DNA of 64,000 bases from an uncultured Rhabdochlamydiaceae bacterium (GTDB lineage: Bacteria; Chlamydiota; Chlamydiia; Chlamydiales; Rhabdochlamydiaceae), in the NCBI GenBank assembly GCA_963712275.1, contig CAVQHD010000001.1, forward strand, positions 1,536,001-1,600,000. Reading direction: 5' to 3'. A model generated the notes under the pieces. The model searched no databases, had not been told where the DNA came from, and was given only the letters and a program-made list of their open reading frames with translations. Positions 1-8,918 of the stretch are shown piece after piece (the first letter of the stretch is position 1; the number at the start of each line of letters is the position of its first letter). Made by a program: the position numbers and the translations under genes.

Positions 1-975
1 AAGCTCAATGCAGCTTCTCCCAACAATACCGCGCCTTCCCCTGCAAACGCGCCTCTAAGCCAGAGGGATAGTAATCAAACTAGAGTAACTCCTGTTGTTA
101 CAAGCGCTGATGATGATGACGAAACTCTAGAGAAGAAAACTAAGCGATCGCCTGCACCTCAAAAAAATGTTAGAGCACCTGCTAATGCCCGATTCAAGCG
201 AGTCCCCTGTGAACGTGTAGGCATGACCTGCTTTGTAAACACAGCTTTGCAGACCATGGCCCATCTCACCCCTTTGCGCCTTTTATTTGATGCAAATCGC
301 AACACACTTACAAAACAGCCGGGTGAAACAGATGATAACCTCAGGAAGCGAAAGATTGTCCAACAAAAAGGAAGCACAATCATTAATGCTATTTTAGACG
401 GAAGTACAGCGACAAGACTCGAAGAGTTTATCCAAGCTGTTAATGATGCTACTGGGAAAAAACAAGGAGATCCTGATTTTATCGATACCAAGAGGGCAGG
501 TGACGCGAAAAATCTACTTGGGATAATTCAAGGCATCTTAACATCTTCCAAATTTATTTATGGTGGCTTCAATGCCTCTGCTTTAAACCGTCGTGATCAG
601 ATGATTACAGCCCTTCGTCAACAACAAGCTCGCAGTGATGACTTTCCTCCAATGTTGCGTTTTATTAATCAAGGAAACCAACACTACCCCAATGAAGCCT
701 ATAACATGCGCGATACCATTCAGCTTCAAGGGATAGGGACCTATCGGCTTGAAGCTGTAATCTACAGCTCCAACATGAATAGTGATGGCAGTGTATCGAC
801 GAGTGGAGTTGGTCATTGTATGCCTATTGTTCGCTCAGGGGAAAATACCTTTGCTCTAGTAGATGATTTAAATCAGCGACAAGTAAGGTCTGAAAGCAAA
901 GAAGAGGTCTTAGAGCGCTTAAATAGTAAACAGGGATGGCAAGTAGCCTACTACGTTAAGGTAGACCAGCAATAA
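1..975 (+). CDS. 5'-partial USP/C19-like cysteine peptidase (putative deubiquitinase effector)
   Basis: Frame is open from base 1. A Ser/Pro-rich low-complexity linker is followed by Cys-box-like GMTCFVNTALQ and His-box-like YRLEAVIYSSN...GVGHCMPIVR...FALVDD. Confidence 0.6.
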   Translation, partial: KLNAASPNNTAPSPANAPLSQRDSNQTRVTPVVTSADDDDETLEKKTKRSPAPQKNVRAPANARFKRVPCERVGMTCFVNTALQTMAHLTPLRLLFDANRNTLTKQPGETDDNLRKRKIVQQKGSTIINAILDGSTATRLEEFIQAVNDATGKKQGDPDFIDTKRAGDAKNLLGIIQGILTSSKFIYGGFNASALNRRDQMITALRQQQARSDDFPPMLRFINQGNQHYPNEAYNMRDTIQLQGIGTYRLEAVIYSSNMNSDGSVSTSGVGHCMPIVRSGENTFALVDDLNQRQVRSESKEEVLERLNSKQGWQVAYYVKVDQQ

Positions 976-982
976 CTTTGAC

Positions 983-1011
983 TTGACCCGGGGAAATGAA
1001 GGTCTCATAAT
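983..1011 (+). promoter_or_regulatory. sigma66/70-type promoter candidate
   Basis: TTGACC-17 nt-CATAAT just upstream of the ATG at 1020. Confidence 0.5.
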
Positions 1012-1019
1012 GCCTTGTT

Positions 1020-1574
1020 ATGGGACACCACGCCAACGCGCAAGCCTCACTAGAAGCCTCCGCTAAGATCCACTCTCGATGGATTCATGAGGGCCGTTTT
1101 ATCTCGGTTCGAAGGGATGAGATCGACTTCCCTGACGGAAAACATAAAAATTGGGATATTGTCGTCCACCCAGGCGCTGTCGGTGTCGTCCCCTTGACAA
1201 AGGAAGGAGATCTTATCCTTGTTGAGCAGTGGCGAAGGACCGTTGGCTGCATTACCTTAGAGATTCCTGCAGGTTGTTTGGATCCAGGCGAAACCCCTGA
1301 AACCTGCGCCAATCGAGAGCTTCAAGAAGAAATCGGGTATCAAGCAGAAGAGCTGATTCCTCTTGGATCTTACTTTAGTTCTCCTGGAATTTTAACGGAA
1401 AAAATCCACCTTTTCATTGGGAAAAAGTTGACCCCAAGTCGTCTCATTGCTGAAGATACAGATGAGATTGACGTTCGCATTGTTCCCTTTAAAACCGCCC
1501 TTAAAATGATTGAAGAGGGGATCATCTGCGATGCTAAAACAGCCCTTGGAATCTTGAGAATGGGGGCGTTATGA
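1020..1574 (+). CDS. NUDIX hydrolase, ADP-ribose pyrophosphatase-like
   Basis: Nudix box GCLDPGETPETCANRELQEEIGY plus HPGAV, EIPAG, SPG and DAKT motifs. Confidence 0.88.
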   Translation: MGHHANAQASLEASAKIHSRWIHEGRFISVRRDEIDFPDGKHKNWDIVVHPGAVGVVPLTKEGDLILVEQWRRTVGCITLEIPAGCLDPGETPETCANRELQEEIGYQAEELIPLGSYFSSPGILTEKIHLFIGKKLTPSRLIAEDTDEIDVRIVPFKTALKMIEEGIICDAKTALGILRMGAL

Positions 1575-4500
1575 TCCGTTTGGTGGGTAAACTCCTCATC
1601 TTGCTTTTTTGCGTTGCTCTTCTTCTGGCTATTTTTGCCCCCTCTTTTCTGTCGACGAAGTTCGGCCAACATGCGATTTTCCGTCTCATTAAAAGTTTTT
1701 CGGGGTATCAGCTCCAGGCAGATCAGCTGCAGCTTCGGTGGCTGGGCGGGCAAACCGCTGAAAAGGTTGAAGTCATAGGTCCCTCTGGACGGCCTGTTTT
1801 TCAGGCTGAGACGATTCTCTCTTCGGCTTCTCTTTGGCAGCTTCTTTTTTACCACGATGTTGGGCGCCTTGAAGTGACTGCCCCATTGGTATGGATCGAG
1901 CCTCCGCCGCCGCTTGCCGCTAAACTCGCCATTTGCCAGGCGGGATTTTTCTTTTCTTTTTCTCTCCCTTTCCCGATGCATTTTCTAGGTGAAATCTCTG
2001 TCACCCATGGAGGGGTCCAATTTGGAGGAGTTGGACTCGACCTCATTACCATGAAAGAGATTGAGTTAGAGGCCTCTATTTTGCCTAGACAACTGAAAGT
2101 TAAAGCTTCGGGAAGCACGGAAGAATTATCGAGTCAAAAAAGCAAAGGGACTTTTCAGGTTGACCTTCTCGCTTATCCAGGATCTGATCAGATCGATGCT
2201 AGCGCCGAGCTTAGCGACTTTCCTCTGCGCGCAGCTGATCAGCTTGTCTCGCTGATGTATCCGAAGTGGAAAGGAATTATTTTAGATGCCATTGGAGAGA
2301 CCGTTAGCGCCCAGCTTCGGCTTAAAAACCTCCAAAATGTTCTCGATATTTACTTGAATGCAAACTCTGATCTCTTTTCAGCCCACCTTGAAACAAAGAT
2401 CCAGGAGGAAACCTTGGTTTTGGCTTCTCCCGGGGTGATTCAGTTTCAAGTCCCTGCCAAGGCGTTTAAAGAGCTCACTTCGCTTTCCCTCAAGGATAAA
2501 ATGGCTGCCCAAATTAAAATTGATGAACTTTTGATCCCTCTGCAGCATCGAGCCCAATTTACCCTTCAAGGAACGTTAAAATCAGAGCCTCTTCAGTTTG
2601 AAGATTGGACGCTGGACCCCTTTTCTCTTTTAATAGCCACATCTCCTGCGTCGGAAGGAGAGTGGAGCGTCAAGATTGATTCTCCTCAAATTCAATTTCA
2701 CGGATCGGTTCACCTTCCAGAAGATTGGGAGAATCTCTCTGTTTCAGGGCAGGCCCTTCTTCCTAAAAATACCACCCTTGATATCTCTGCTCCTTCATTA
2801 AAATCGATCTCTGTTGTCCTACAAGGAGATCATTGGCATGGACGGCTCAAAGGAGCTTTTGATCCGATTAAAAAAACGGTCTCTTTGAATGAGCCTGCTT
2901 CTCTAGCATTTGAGCTTTCAAATTCTAACTTTTTAAAAGAGCCCTTGCCTATTCAGATCTCACTCCACCCATTTCACTTGAACCTGCAGACACTCAGTGG
3001 AACAATTAAGGGCTCTGCCGAAGCACCCCCTTTTTTGCTAGGCACCTCTCACGTGGATCAAACAACGGCTAGCTTCCATGGAGATCTTAAAAATAAACAA
3101 GCCTTCTTCTCGCTGGCTTCCAAGGTTGACCAAGGCCCTTTGATGATCGAAGGAAGCGTAAGCTGGCCTTGGCAGCTCACGCTTAAAGGGTCGTGCAGTG
3201 AGCTTCCTATTGCCTCCATTCAATCCTTTCTACCACGGGGGCCTTCTCTCCCCTTTCTTCTAGGAAATGTTCTAACGACAGATTTTCATGCTGCTCTTTC
3301 TGAAAACACAAACTTCCTCCAACTTACGGCCTCCTCCCCCCTTCTGAAGTTAAAGGCGATCTTAAAAGCCACCTCTCAGCAATTTGAGCTCACAGAGCCT
3401 GCAACCTTTCTGTGGACGCTGACTCCTCAAGGGTATACTTCCATCATCGAGTTTTTAAAAGGAAATCCTGCTCTTGCCCTTTCTCAGCCTGTCATCTTCA
3501 AAGGGTCGATTGAATCTCTGACAATCCCCCTTCAAAAAGATCTTTCTCTGGATCAACTCTTAAACGACTTGCAATACCAAGGAAAAATGAGCGCAGATAC
3601 TCTTGCATTCAGCTCAAATCGAATTGATCAGCTTCAAATTAACTTAAGTCATCCATCTCCTACAAAGCCTCATCAGTTTCAGCTCTCTGCAACGGCAGCT
3701 CCTCAAGGATCCCTTTCCTGCCAAGGCAGCTGGACTCCTCCGGGAACTGCAAACTTGACCCTTCTCCTAGACCGATTTCCTTCGGCTGCCTTTGATTTCT
3801 TCATCGCACCCTTGAAAAAAGACCTCTTTTCGATGGCAACTCTGTGCGGACCGGTTTTAAACCTTTCTGCAGAGACCACCCTCAATCAGTGGACCGGCCC
3901 CGTCAAGTTAGACCTGCATTCAGCTAATCTGCGCACCTCGCTTCAAGGCGCTTTGACGCAAGGCGTACTCACTTTAACAAACCCCTTCCACCTGCAGCTC
4001 GATGTTACCCCTGCTGTGAGCCAAATGCTTTTCCAGCAGATGAACCCCCTCTCTCTAAAATCTGTGCAATCTGAAGGACCAATCACCTTAGAAATCTCTC
4101 CTCAAGGGTTCTCCTATCCCCTTTCACCTCATGATATTTCTCATCTTGAAATCGGGGCGGGGCGGCTTGAACTTGGAAAGCTCCTCTGTCGCAATGAAGG
4201 GAATATCCAAGTCACACTTGGACTTCTTAAGCTAGGGCAATACCACTCAGGAGATGAGCTCAAACTCTGGGCTGCACCGCTCATCTTTCACGTGCAGCAC
4301 GGCATTCTTGACTGTGAAAGAACCGAAATTCTCGTCGCCGAAAATTTCCAAATCTGCCTTTGGGGCGCTGTCGATTTCCCCGATAATTCCATCGATGCCG
4401 TTTTAGGACTAACAGCAAGCTGCTTAAAAAATGCCTTTGGAATCAAAGGACTGCCGGAAAATTATGTGCTTCAACTCCCCTTGCGCGGGACCCTCACCGA

Positions 4501-4822
4501 TGCCAAAATCAACTCAGGGAAAGCAGGGACAAAGATTGGAGCACTTCTCCTCTGGCAGCAAAAAGGAGCTGTCGGGGGCATCGCTAAAGGACCTGCCGGA
4601 GCGCTTCTTGGCGAAATGATCAACAAACTGGGGCCTCTTCCCGGGGGAGACCAGAAAGCCCCGCCCGCCAAACACCCCTTCCCCTGGGAAACAAAGGGAG
4701 GGTCAAAGGAAACCAAGCAGCCCAGCTCTAAAAAGAAAAACACCCCAACTTCTCAGGCGCAGCGCAAAGTCATCCATCCCAACGACTCTGCCGTCAAACA
4801 AGCTCTCAAGCTGCTCAGGTGA
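1571..4822 (+). CDS. Large N-terminally anchored beta-rich envelope protein (AsmA/TamB-like)
   Basis: 1083 aa, N-terminal TM helix, repeated amphipathic beta-strand pattern, translationally coupled to the NUDIX gene. Confidence 0.55.
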   Translation: MIRLVGKLLILLFCVALLLAIFAPSFLSTKFGQHAIFRLIKSFSGYQLQADQLQLRWLGGQTAEKVEVIGPSGRPVFQAETILSSASLWQLLFYHDVGRLEVTAPLVWIEPPPPLAAKLAICQAGFFFSFSLPFPMHFLGEISVTHGGVQFGGVGLDLITMKEIELEASILPRQLKVKASGSTEELSSQKSKGTFQVDLLAYPGSDQIDASAELSDFPLRAADQLVSLMYPKWKGIILDAIGETVSAQLRLKNLQNVLDIYLNANSDLFSAHLETKIQEETLVLASPGVIQFQVPAKAFKELTSLSLKDKMAAQIKIDELLIPLQHRAQFTLQGTLKSEPLQFEDWTLDPFSLLIATSPASEGEWSVKIDSPQIQFHGSVHLPEDWENLSVSGQALLPKNTTLDISAPSLKSISVVLQGDHWHGRLKGAFDPIKKTVSLNEPASLAFELSNSNFLKEPLPIQISLHPFHLNLQTLSGTIKGSAEAPPFLLGTSHVDQTTASFHGDLKNKQAFFSLASKVDQGPLMIEGSVSWPWQLTLKGSCSELPIASIQSFLPRGPSLPFLLGNVLTTDFHAALSENTNFLQLTASSPLLKLKAILKATSQQFELTEPATFLWTLTPQGYTSIIEFLKGNPALALSQPVIFKGSIESLTIPLQKDLSLDQLLNDLQYQGKMSADTLAFSSNRIDQLQINLSHPSPTKPHQFQLSATAAPQGSLSCQGSWTPPGTANLTLLLDRFPSAAFDFFIAPLKKDLFSMATLCGPVLNLSAETTLNQWTGPVKLDLHSANLRTSLQGALTQGVLTLTNPFHLQLDVTPAVSQMLFQQMNPLSLKSVQSEGPITLEISPQGFSYPLSPHDISHLEIGAGRLELGKLLCRNEGNIQVTLGLLKLGQYHSGDELKLWAAPLIFHVQHGILDCERTEILVAENFQICLWGAVDFPDNSIDAVLGLTASCLKNAFGIKGLPENYVLQLPLRGTLTDAKINSGKAGTKIGALLLWQQKGAVGGIAKGPAGALLGEMINKLGPLPGGDQKAPPAKHPFPWETKGGSKETKQPSSKKKNTPTSQAQRKVIHPNDSAVKQALKLLR

Positions 4823-4826
4823 AGTA

Positions 4827-5498
4827 TCAATCCGGAAGCTCCTGCCCAAGCTGCCAAAGTGAGTTATGGAAGATATGGGCAGCAATAGAACAGATGATCC
4901 CATCCGAATCAGCTATGCTTCCCCAAACTAATGCGCTGGGAAACATGGCCAATAATCCCCCCACCGGCCTGTCATGGCATAAGACAAAAAGTACAGAAGA
5001 AACAAAGATCGAAATATGCTTTGCAGTCAAGACATAACCTCTGACGAGAATGCCTTTAGATGTAATGAAAGTTCCTAAGACTCTTTTATGCGCTTCACAA
5101 AAATTAAACCCTTTTTGAATGACCCATCTGGTTCCTCGTTGAATGATAAATCGATAAAGGAGCTCCTCTTGGATAGGTCCAATAATGGTCACAAGCCGAA
5201 CACCAATGAAATTTTTAGATAAATCTTGTTCTTGTTTACCTGATGTAAATTGGCTTTTTAAACAAAGAGAAAAAACAAAAGTCGCTTCTACTATTCCCCC
5301 AATAAGCCCAATACCCATTCCCTTCGCAAATGCTTTAGGGTTCGCAAGAAGTCCAATAGCGATTATATCAATGACTTTTGACAATTCATAGTGCCTTAGA
5401 AAGACATGTAAAGAAGTTTTTTTAGCGTGAGACGCTAAAACGTCAACAGCAACTTTAATAGGGTAAGATCCTAAATTATTAATTGCATCTATAATCAT
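4827..5498 (-). CDS. CPBP (Abi/CAAX type II) intramembrane metalloprotease
   Basis: EELLYR, FVLCH and HIFHN motifs within hydrophobic segments. Confidence 0.8.
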   Translation of the reverse strand: MIIDAINNLGSYPIKVAVDVLASHAKKTSLHVFLRHYELSKVIDIIAIGLLANPKAFAKGMGIGLIGGIVEATFVFSLCLKSQFTSGKQEQDLSKNFIGVRLVTIIGPIQEELLYRFIIQRGTRWVIQKGFNFCEAHKRVLGTFITSKGILVRGYVLTAKHISIFVSSVLFVLCHDRPVGGLLAMFPSALVWGSIADSDGIICSIAAHIFHNSLWQLGQELPD

Positions 5499-5562
5499 AG
5501 AGAATAATTGTATCCATTCCCATCTTAAATTTCAAGGCGGAACGACTTTGGCAAGAAAAGAA

Positions 5563-5591
5563 TTGAAGTTAACATCGACATTTTTTAAAAT
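5563..5591 (+). promoter_or_regulatory. sigma66/70-type promoter candidate
   Basis: TTGAAG-17 nt-TAAAAT, followed by a GGAGG RBS before the ATG at 5623. Confidence 0.45.
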
Positions 5592-5622
5592 CGGTTCCTA
5601 ACTTTAACGGAGGATTGTTGTC

Positions 5623-6348
5623 ATGGGTGCTGCTACCGTTTCTAAAATCAAGCAGATGCTTGATCCCCTTCCTATTGCCTCTACCCTTGGAGGAGTTGTC
5701 CAATGGTTGCAAAGTTGGAATATGCTAGACAAAGACCCCATCTTTCCCCTCTCTCAGTTGAGAGAATTTCATAAGTTTAATGAAGCTACCATTGCTACCA
5801 TCACCTCTGTGATTAAGTTGGTTTTACGCACAGGCGTTGCTGTCAAGATTTTACCTTATGTCGCATCCGTCCTTTCACTTTACAATGGATCAGTGGGCGT
5901 TTGCTACCTGGGAATTGGATCTTTCAACTACCTGCGCAAATCAGAAAATAACGAGACTGCCAAAGAATTACATCGGGGATTTACCTATATCCTCACAGCT
6001 GTTTATGACTTTGCCATCGGCTATTTCTTCGGAACTCCAACGCTTGGCCTCATTGCCGGCGCTGCCATCTTTGGGTTCATGCCTCATCATATCCTCGATG
6101 GACACCACTGGATCTTTCAAACCCTCCAAAAAGCACCTGATGCGCTAGAGAACAAACCCGACTCCGAAGGCAAAAAAACCTACCATGAGTTAGACCCAGA
6201 ATGCCAAATCTATCAACTTGCCAAAAGAATCACCTTAGGACTTTTGCCCTCGGCCTCAACAGAAGAGAAGTCGTTTGTCATGCGATGTACAAGCTGGTGC
6301 AACAGGTTCATCGGGCGCGAGAGGGCCGTGGAAAATTACGGTTTATAA
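5623..6348 (+). CDS. Hypothetical membrane protein
   Basis: 241 aa ORF with a good RBS and several hydrophobic segments. Confidence 0.65.
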   Translation: MGAATVSKIKQMLDPLPIASTLGGVVQWLQSWNMLDKDPIFPLSQLREFHKFNEATIATITSVIKLVLRTGVAVKILPYVASVLSLYNGSVGVCYLGIGSFNYLRKSENNETAKELHRGFTYILTAVYDFAIGYFFGTPTLGLIAGAAIFGFMPHHILDGHHWIFQTLQKAPDALENKPDSEGKKTYHELDPECQIYQLAKRITLGLLPSASTEEKSFVMRCTSWCNRFIGRERAVENYGL

Positions 6349-6420
6349 AATACATTGAACTAATAGAGATCCAAAAAGTAAAATGACAACAAAATGGACC
6401 GGGCGATCCCAGTCGGCATT

Positions 6421-6448
6421 AAACCTCGGAGAAGTGCCGGGGTTTTTT
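6421..6448 (+). terminator. Intrinsic terminator between convergent genes
   Basis: Stem AAACCTCGG/CCGGGGTTT with a 7-nt loop, followed by a T-run. Confidence 0.65.
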
Positions 6449-6495
6449 GCTTTTCAGACAAGCAACAGTGCTACCGCTCACACTAAAAGTTTGGA

Positions 6496-6882
6496 CTAAT
6501 GTGGAATAATCCGTAACTTTTCAAGTCCACTGTCAACGATATCATCCAAGGTCTTACTAATTGATTTATGCATCTCCTTTGCTATCTTAGCAATATAGTA
6601 GTGGCGCTCACTTGTAGTTCGATAGGCAATATTACCTTTAAACTCCTCTTTTTTAATAGGCTCTGGAATTACCTCTCCATTTTTAAGATAAAGCCGAACG
6701 GCTCCTTCAATGGCTTCTTTGATATTGTCCATTCCTTCCTCCACTGTTTCAGCATCAGTGCAAATTCCAGGAAGCTCGTTTACTCGAATAATGTAATACC
6801 GTTTCCCCTTGTGGGTTTCTTGTTCTATGGTGTATGACCAGTTGAGGTTTAAGTAATAATTTAATTTTTTTTTAGTACCCAT
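6496..6882 (-). CDS. hicB: HicB-family antitoxin (orphan; no hicA adjacent)
   Basis: ELPGICTDAETVEEGMDNIKEAI...GEVIPEP plus a C-terminal RHH-like FKGNIAYRT..ERHY. Confidence 0.8.
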   Translation of the reverse strand: MGTKKKLNYYLNLNWSYTIEQETHKGKRYYIIRVNELPGICTDAETVEEGMDNIKEAIEGAVRLYLKNGEVIPEPIKKEEFKGNIAYRTTSERHYYIAKIAKEMHKSISKTLDDIVDSGLEKLRIIPH

Positions 6883-6915
6883 GATCTCTTAAAATTTTCT
6901 TAAGTAGGAGATAAA

Positions 6916-7245
6916 TTAGCGTGTAGAGCTATACATGATTTTTGCAAGAGTCTTGATGGTTGGATTTCCATGTTTCAAAGCTGAATACATTGTAGATTTT
7001 GGCAGATCTGTTTGCTTTCGGAGCTTCGCTTTGTTTAAGGCTTCCAAATAAAGGACAATCATTTCCATTGCACCTTCTGGGTCATTGTCTTGCAAGCATT
7101 CCATTACTGCTAAAGCTGTTTTTTTTAAATCTATAAGCTCTTTCAAAGGATCTGCACGTGTGAGGCCGGGAATCTTATCGAGATCTAATTTGGTTGATCT
7201 TGCTAAAGACCTTTGACGCTTTTTTGATGTCCTTGTCTTGCCCAT
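6916..7245 (-). CDS. Addiction-module antidote protein (HI1420-like HTH)
   Basis: C-terminal KSTMYSALKHGNPTIKTLAKI. GGAGG RBS before the ATG at 7245. Overlaps the upstream toxin remnant. Confidence 0.8.
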   Translation of the reverse strand: MGKTRTSKKRQRSLARSTKLDLDKIPGLTRADPLKELIDLKKTALAVMECLQDNDPEGAMEMIVLYLEALNKAKLRKQTDLPKSTMYSALKHGNPTIKTLAKIMYSSTR

Positions 7246-7482
7246 TTTTATTTCCTCCAAGTAACAGGATTACCTTTGCTTCTGGTATAAATCCATAGTA
7301 TATACGTCTCCCATCATTAAACTTTAACTCCCAAATACTATCTTCTAGATATTTGGATGTCCAAAATGTCCTTCAAGTTCAATGTTTAATACCCTCCCAT
7401 GAACTTGCTGTCGAGACTTGAGAGTTTGCGTTTCCAGCCAATCTCTGTACTCAGATGTTTCGTAGATGGTGTATTTTGCCAT
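7175..7482 (-). pseudogene. Frameshifted RelE/HigB-like addiction-module toxin (HI1419-like)
   Basis: MAKYTIYETSEYRDWLETQ...EGHFGHP is followed in another frame by YLEDSIWELKFNDGRRIYYGF...LLLGGNKNGQDKDIKKA. The span is 308 nt, one base short of an intact 102-aa ORF. Confidence 0.8.
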
Positions 7483-7531
7483 TCAGTCAAAGCTCTTATC
7501 CAAAGTAAGGTACGACATATCGGACTTTTAT

Positions 7532-8752
7532 TCAAGAACTAATAGACGCAAGAAGACTCTGGAAGAGCGCCGCCTGCATTGAGGCTTGCTTAAAATACAT
7601 GGGAAAGCCATCAATGGTATGACATGCTTGAGAGAGGGCTTTCTCGAGGAAAGGGGTGGGCTCGATGGCAATATCCATAAGGGTTGCGCCAGGAATTATG
7701 TTGTGCATGGAAAGTGGATCTGGGGAAGATGTCGCGTTCACAAGAATGTCGTATGAGGGGATCTTTTCAGAGAACTTGCATCCCAGATAGGCCGCCAGCT
7801 GCTTCCCTTTTTCAAAGGTGCGGTTAACAATAGTGACAATTGCTCCCCGCTTGATGAGTTCGTAGGCAATTGCTTTTGCAGCCCCTCCGGCGCCAAGAAG
7901 AACAACCTGTTTGTTTTTGGTCGTGCCTAAGCTATCTGCTGCTGCCGGGCCATCGGTATTGACCCCTTCCCATCCCGCCTTTGTTCGATAGACCGTGTTG
8001 ACAGCTCCAATGGGTTGCCACTTCTTTGCCAGGGGTTGGAGGTAAGGAATCACCTCCTCTTTCAAAGGAGCTGTGACACTGAGGCCTATGATTGGAAGGT
8101 CTTGTATCATCTCAAAAAACAATTTCAGCTCACCTGCCTTGAGAGGCATTTTTACATAGACCCCATTTGCTTGCCGCTGCCGAAATTGATCATTGTGGAA
8201 TAAGTGGCCGATACTTTGCCGAACTGGATCGCCAATCAGTCCAAAAATCTGGGTTGAGGAATTAAGCTCTCTAAATCGGTAAATACAGGAGAGCTCGCTC
8301 CACAGAAGCTGCCCCAGAGCATTTTTATCACCGTCTTCCAGCGGGGCATACGCAATAGGAGCTCCCATGACCGGCGCCAAAATGCGCGTTACACTCCCCT
8401 TCTCTCCCATGCAAAGACCAATCACATTTGGATGTTTTTTCTGAAAGTGCAGCATGTGGAGAGCGTCGAGGGTCGATGTTGCAAAAGTGGCGAGTTTGTA
8501 ATAGCAGGCTTTAGGGTGTCTTGCCCGCATCTTGGCAAAAATTTCATCTAGATCAGGCGTTTCTTGGAAGTTGTGATATGAGACGATGAGATGGTCTAAG
8601 TGAGAGGGGGCTTTTTCTTTCCAGTCGATATCAATAAACCGAATATGTTCTTCTCGATCGAAAATGATTTTGACAGCCCCCTCTGTAAACTCGTAGAGAT
8701 CCACCGAGCGGACTGCCGGCCATTTTTTAACAGGCGCACAAACAAGCGTCAT
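7532..8752 (-). CDS. aroDE: Bifunctional type I 3-dehydroquinate dehydratase / shikimate dehydrogenase
   Basis: SYHNF, CMGEKG..TRIL and ALGQL (DHQase I); GLIGDPV..S, SVTAPLK, AVNT, NTDG and GAGGAA (AroE). Confidence 0.9.
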   Translation of the reverse strand: MTLVCAPVKKWPAVRSVDLYEFTEGAVKIIFDREEHIRFIDIDWKEKAPSHLDHLIVSYHNFQETPDLDEIFAKMRARHPKACYYKLATFATSTLDALHMLHFQKKHPNVIGLCMGEKGSVTRILAPVMGAPIAYAPLEDGDKNALGQLLWSELSCIYRFRELNSSTQIFGLIGDPVRQSIGHLFHNDQFRQRQANGVYVKMPLKAGELKLFFEMIQDLPIIGLSVTAPLKEEVIPYLQPLAKKWQPIGAVNTVYRTKAGWEGVNTDGPAAADSLGTTKNKQVVLLGAGGAAKAIAYELIKRGAIVTIVNRTFEKGKQLAAYLGCKFSEKIPSYDILVNATSSPDPLSMHNIIPGATLMDIAIEPTPFLEKALSQACHTIDGFPMYFKQASMQAALFQSLLASISS

Positions 8753-8918
8753 ATACTCCGATTGGTTGAAAAATTCACTTTTGGGCTGACGTGAAAGCTC
8801 CCGCGGTTCGGTTATCGCAAGTGGGTTTGTATTGGATTAATACTGACCCACTTGCGATAACCGAACCCCGGGGCTTTGACGCAGCCCCAATGTAAATTTT
8901 TCAACCAATCGGAGTATA
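8752..8918. mobile_element. ERIC/RPE-like palindromic element between aroB and aroDE
   Basis: TATACTCCGATTGGTTGAAAAATT...AATTTTTCAACCAATCGGAGTATA with a long inner stem (GGTTCGGTTATCGCAAGTGGGT/ACCCACTTGCGATAACCGAACC); flanked by TA. Confidence 0.85.

Noticed and set aside
1370..1981. 203-aa minus-strand ORF and the many other short ORFs nested in or antisense to long genes
   Set aside because: Shadow frames of well-supported genes, with no motifs of their own.
6390..6450. SRP RNA or a known riboswitch
   Set aside because: Lacks the SRP CAGG..GAA..AAGCAGC core and matches no riboswitch consensus I can recognise.
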